A stretch of 37,609 nt of DNA from Octopus bimaculoides (Eukaryota), in assembly GCF_001194135.2 (NCBI RefSeq), contig NC_068984.1:17290727-17328335 (forward strand). The letters run 5' to 3'. A model generated the notes under the pieces. It was not told the DNA's origin and did no database searches. It worked only from the letters and a program-made list of their open reading frames with translations. The position numbers and the translations under genes were made by a program. The first letter of the stretch is position 1, and every line of letters starts with the position of its first letter. This document shows, piece by piece, positions 33,275-37,609 of the stretch.

Positions 33275-33760
33275 GTGTGTGTTTGTGTGTATGTGCGTAT
33301 GTGTGTATGAGTATGTGTGAATGTTTGTGTGTGTATGTATGTGTATGTGTGTGTGTGAGTGTGTGTTTGTGTGTGTATGTGTATGTGTGCATGTGTGTGT
33401 GTGTTTATGTGTGCATGTGTGCATGTTTGTGTGTGTATGTGTGTGTTTGTGTGTGCGTGTGTGTATGAGTATGTGTGAATGTTTGTGTGTGTATGTATGT
33501 GTATGTGTGTGTGTGTGAGTGTGTGTTTCTGTGTGTATGTGTATGTGTATGTGTGTGTGTGAGTGTGTGTTTCTGTGTGTATGTGTATGTGTACATGTGT
33601 GTGTGTTTATGTGTACATGTGTGCGTGTTTGTGTGTGTATGTGTGTTTGTATGTGTGTGTGTATGAGTATGTGTCTGTATTTTTATGTGTGTGTGTGGGT
33701 GTGTGTGGATGTGTATGTGTNNNNNNNNNNNNTATGTGTGTGTGTGGGTGTGTGGGGGTT
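33275..33760. repeat. Long compound (TG)/(TATG)/(TTTG) array
   Basis: Direct inspection. Confidence 0.95.
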
Positions 33761-33870
33761 TGTTTGTGTCTGTCCCACATCACCCTCTGATAGCTGGTGT
33801 TGGTTTCTTTATATCCTTCTAACTTAGTGAGTCAACCAAAAAGACTTAAATATATAAATAAATAAAATGC

Positions 33871-34365
33871 AGGAGTGGCTGTGTGGTAAAGTGGGAAGAA
33901 GTTTGCTTACCAACCACATGATTCCGGGTTCAGTCCCATTGGGTGGCATCTTGGGCAAGTGTCTTCTACTATAGCCTTGGGCCGACCAAAGCCTTGTGAG
34001 TGGATTTGGTAGACGGAAACTGAAAGAAGCCCGTCATATACATGTATATGTATATATATATATACATATGTGTGTTTGTGTGTCTGTGTTTGTTCCCCCA
34101 CCATCGCTTGACAACCGATGTTGGTGTGTTTATGTCCCTGTAACTTAGCGATTTGGCAAAAGAGAATGATAGNNNNNNNNNNCCATCGCTTGACAACCGA
34201 TGTTGGTGTGTTTATGTCCCTGTAACTTAGCGATTTGGCAAAAGAGAATGATAGAATAAGTACAAAACTTACAAAGAATAAGTCCTGGGGCCGATTTGTT
34301 CGACTAATGCTGGTGCTCCAGCATGACCGCAGTCAAATGACCGTAACAAGTAAAAGAATAAGAGA
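33871..34365 (+). mobile_element. SINE family A, complete (72 bp duplicated across a 10-N gap)
   Basis: GGAGTGGCTGTGTGGTAA...GGGTTCAGTCCC...CAGTCAAATGACCGTAACAAGTAAAAG. Confidence 0.9.
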
Positions 34366-34469
34366 ATAAAAATGACTGAAACTTAGCAAGGTAATGCTCC
34401 AGCATGGCAGCAGACCAGTGACTGAGACATGTAAAAGATTAATAAAATAAACAGTTGTGTGGTGGGGGC

Positions 34470-34701
34470 AAGCGATGGTGGTGGGGACAAACACAGACAC
34501 ACCCACACAAACATACACACACACACATATATATATACATATATACGATGGGCTTCTTTCAGTTTCCGTCTACCAAATCCACTCACAAGGCTTTGGTCGG
34601 GCTGAGGCTATAGTAGAAGACATTTGTTGAAGGTACCACGCAGTGGGACTGAACTCAGACCCATGTGGCTGGGAAGCAAGCTTCTTATCACACAGCCACT
34701 C
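34470..34701 (-). mobile_element. SINE family A head and partial body
   Basis: GGGCTTCTTTCAGTTTCCGTCTACCAAATCCACTCACAAGGC...CACACAGCCACTCC. Confidence 0.88.
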
Positions 34702-34710
34702 CAGTGCCTA

Positions 34711-34713
34711 CCT

Positions 34714-34774
<61 letters not shown>

Positions 34775-34818
34775 ACTAACTGTCTGTCTTTCTGTTTGTC
34801 TGTCTGTATATTTGTTTG

Positions 34819-34858
<40 letters not shown>

Positions 34859-34990
34859 ACTGTTTGTCTTTCTCTCTCACTCTTGCTCTCTGTCTCTCTG
34901 CCTCTCCCTCTGTCTCTCTGACTATCTCTCTGTCTCTCTCTCTGTCTCTCTGCCTCTCTCTCTCTGCCTCTGTCTATCTATCTGTCTGTC
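34711..34990. repeat. (CT)/(ATCT)/(GTCT) compound array
   Basis: Direct inspection. Confidence 0.95.
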
Positions 34991-35607
34991 TTATAGTAAA
35001 AATATTGCAGTAGCTGTAAATGGTAGATATTAACTCTAGCATCTGAATTATTTCAATGAAATAAAATGTTCAAACCATGAAAATAATTCCCTGTTTATAA
35101 CTATAATGTTAGCTATTATGATTTACAGACAAGAAGATAACACAAAACCATAAGTTTTCAGACTCTTAAGCCTCACTTTACTGTGTATGCTTAAAAGTAT
35201 TAAACATTCCTTTTTGATTGTTGTCATATTCAGTAGATGTTAAGTGTCCTACTAGATGAGAACTTTTTATTTTGGGACTGGACACATATTCAGGAATACG
35301 ATACTGTTTGACATTTAAAGATCAACCAATGTAAATGGTAAATAAATATAAATATTCTAGCAGGTATGGGTGAGGGATTAAGAAGTTTGTTTTCCAGCAA
35401 TATGATTATGAGTTCATAATTGGGCATCTTCTATTATAGCACCAGGCTGACCAAACTCTTAGTGGATTTGGTGAAACTGAAAAAGCCCATTGTACACACA
35501 CAAACACACACAGTGTGAGTGGGAGCTAGTATAGAAAAGCTCAGTATAGAAAACATATAGTAGTGCTCAAATGAATTTGAACTTAAACTCCAAATTCTTC
35601 ATCTCAG

Positions 35608-35659
<52 letters not shown>

Positions 35660-36008
35660 NNNNNNNNNNNNNNNNNNNNNNNNNNNNNNNNNNNNNNNNN
35701 NNNNNNNNNNNNNNNCCCCCCCCCCCAAGTTGAGGGGACTTTGTCTTGTAAGTTGCCTGATGTCCCTGCTGGTGCTGGTGCCATGAAAAAAGTACTGAGT
35801 ACTACGTAAAGTGCAATGTTCAAATATGACTGTGGCACATTCAAGCTCATAAGCAAGCCATTCTCTGTGTTTTGTCATGGAGAAAATTTCTTGCTATAGA
35901 CACATGGTATAAATCAGCTTGCAACACCCCCTGTCTAAACTGTGAGGTGCTAGCATTTCAGAGTGGTTATCTCCTCTTCAGTCACACAAGATATATTTAC
36001 ACCATTTT

Positions 36009-36040
<32 letters not shown>

Positions 36041-36095
36041 TCTGTCTGTCTGTCTGTCTATGTATGTATGTATGTATCTGTTTGTCTGTCTGTCC

Positions 36096-36139
<44 letters not shown>

Positions 36140-36439
36140 GTAGGTAGATAGATAGATATATATGTTTACATGTGCATGTCTGTTTGTGTGTGTATGTTTG
36201 TATGTATGTTTGTGTGTGTGTGTTTGTGCATTTGTGACTTCACTTTTCCTTCATCTACATGTATATTTTATTCATTGATTATAAACAATAGTTTTACTAA
36301 TGGTTTTACTTGTGGCTCACTGGAAATGCATCTCCACGCTTCTTGACATGTCTTCACATGTTGCATGATCTTTGTAAACAAAAGGCCCACCTGTATGGTG
36401 TCATTTATTTTAAGTCCTCCAGGTAAACATGTCCAAGCT

Positions 36440-36633
36440 GTTTAGTGTTTGATAAGCTGGGAGATTACTACCCTACCTGGAAAGAAGTTAGATTGGCAAC
36501 AGGATGGGCATCTGATTGTAGAAAACTTTGCTCCAACATACACTTGTCTGATCCATACCAGTATAGAAAAATTGATGTTAAAATGATAATGCAGCTGCTG
36601 TTGCTGCCGCTGATGATGATGATGATGATGATG
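36440..36633 (+). mobile_element. SINE family B, strongly diverged
   Basis: GGATGGGCATCTGATTGTAGAAAAC...CCATACCAGTATAGAAAAATTGATGTTAAAATGAT, (GAT)n. Confidence 0.55.
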
Positions 36634-36833
36634 ATAGAATATTACTAAAAAGTCACGAACACATTTAATGTTTCAGATCAATATTATTGACATTATGCCT
36701 TTCAGATCAATTTAATCGACAAGTTCAGAACCATTCACCATACAGCTTACACTTCCATCAACATATTGTCATATATTTTAAATAAACAAACCAACATCTT
36801 GCTAGCCATTACTCTTCCGGTAAGAATAGCAAG

Positions 36834-37262
36834 CCTGGCTGTGTGGTTGAGAAGCTTGCTTCCAAACAATGTTGTTTCAAGTTCAATCTCTTATTTCTTA
36901 TTTCTTTATTGCCCACAAGGGGCTAAACACAGAGGGGACAAACAAGGACAGACAAAGGGATTAAGTCGATTACATCGACCCCAGTGTGTAACTGGTACTT
37001 TATTTATCGACCCCAAAAGGGTGAAAGACAAAGTTGACCTCGGCGGAATTTGAACTCAGAACGTAACGACAGACGAAATACCGCTAAGCATTTCGCCCAG
37101 CGTGCTATCGTTTCTGCCAGCTCGCTGCCTTTCAAGTTCAATCTCAAATTTCAAGTTCAATCTCACTGCATGGCATCTTGTACATGTGTCTTCAATTATA
37201 GTCCTGGGCCATTCAAAGCCTTGTGAGTGGATTTTGCTGATGGAAACTGAAAGAAGCCCATC
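36834..37262 (+). mobile_element. SINE family A head split by a nested SINE-C'
   Basis: CTGGCTGTGTGGTTGAGAAGCTTGC...GTTCAATCTC | insertion | ...ACTGCATGGCATCTTG...GGAAACTGAAAGAAGCCC. Confidence 0.8.
36891..37129 (-). mobile_element. SINE family C' with 16-bp TSD
   Basis: Near-consensus C' body. TTTCAAGTTCAATCTC at 36875-36890 and 37130-37145, and again at 37149-37164. Confidence 0.9.
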
Positions 37263-37279
37263 ATATTTCTGCAGTGGGG

Positions 37280-37538
37280 TGGGTGTGTCGTGTCCTTGAG
37301 CAAGAAAGAAACTTTATTTCATGTTGCCCCTGTCCATTCAGCTGGCAATAATGAGTTGTACCTGTAATTCAAAGGGGTCAGCCTTGTCATATTCTGTGTC
37401 ACTGCTGAATCTCCCTGGGAACTACATTAAAGGTATCTGCATCTGTGAAATGTTCAGCCTCTTGTGCATTAATTTCAGGAGTAGGGTATTCCATTAATTG
37501 GGTCTTCTGGAACTCTTGTCGTAACCAACAGAGTGCCT
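37280..37538 (+). mobile_element. SINE family D-related body and 3' end, diverged
   Basis: GTGTCCTTGAGCAAG...GCTGAATCTCCCTGGGAACTACATTAAAGGTA...GGAACTCTTGTCGTAACCAACAGAGTGCC parallels the 3' half of the 16248-16598 element. Confidence 0.7.
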
Positions 37539-37546
37539 GTTTTCAG

Positions 37547-37600
<54 letters not shown>

Positions 37601-37609
37601 TGTATGTAT

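Noticed and set aside
34101-34254. 72-bp exact direct repeat inside SINE-A
   Set aside because: The two copies flank a 10-N gap, typical of overlapping contig ends in scaffolding, so it is probably an artefact.

Overview
This is AT-rich, repeat-saturated eukaryotic DNA from a draft assembly with N-gaps at about 10595-11519, 12358-12890, 13591-14054 and 22306-22945, plus several short ones. The SINE families and microsatellite spectrum suggest an octopus/coleoid cephalopod genome (inference). No intact host protein-coding gene can be supported, and almost all ORF-track entries are translations of microsatellites or gaps. The only recognisable coding sequence belongs to retroelements: a disrupted ~2 kb R4/Dong-like non-LTR retrotransposon abutting a (TAA)n array (23962-26009), a Penelope-like GIY-YIG endonuclease fragment (1395-1740, minus) and short RTE remnants. 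There are about 35 SINE copies from four families and several non-autonomous DNA transposons with recognisable TIRs/TSDs (Tc1/mariner, hAT). The most notable non-coding signal is a minimal Penelope-type hammerhead ribozyme motif at 32880-32925 (minus), with a second degenerate motif about 150 bp upstream and two further decayed ones elsewhere. A few isolated short candidate exons with good splice signals occur on both strands but cannot be assembled into a recognisable gene. SINE family letters A-D are my own labels, and SINE boundaries are approximate.
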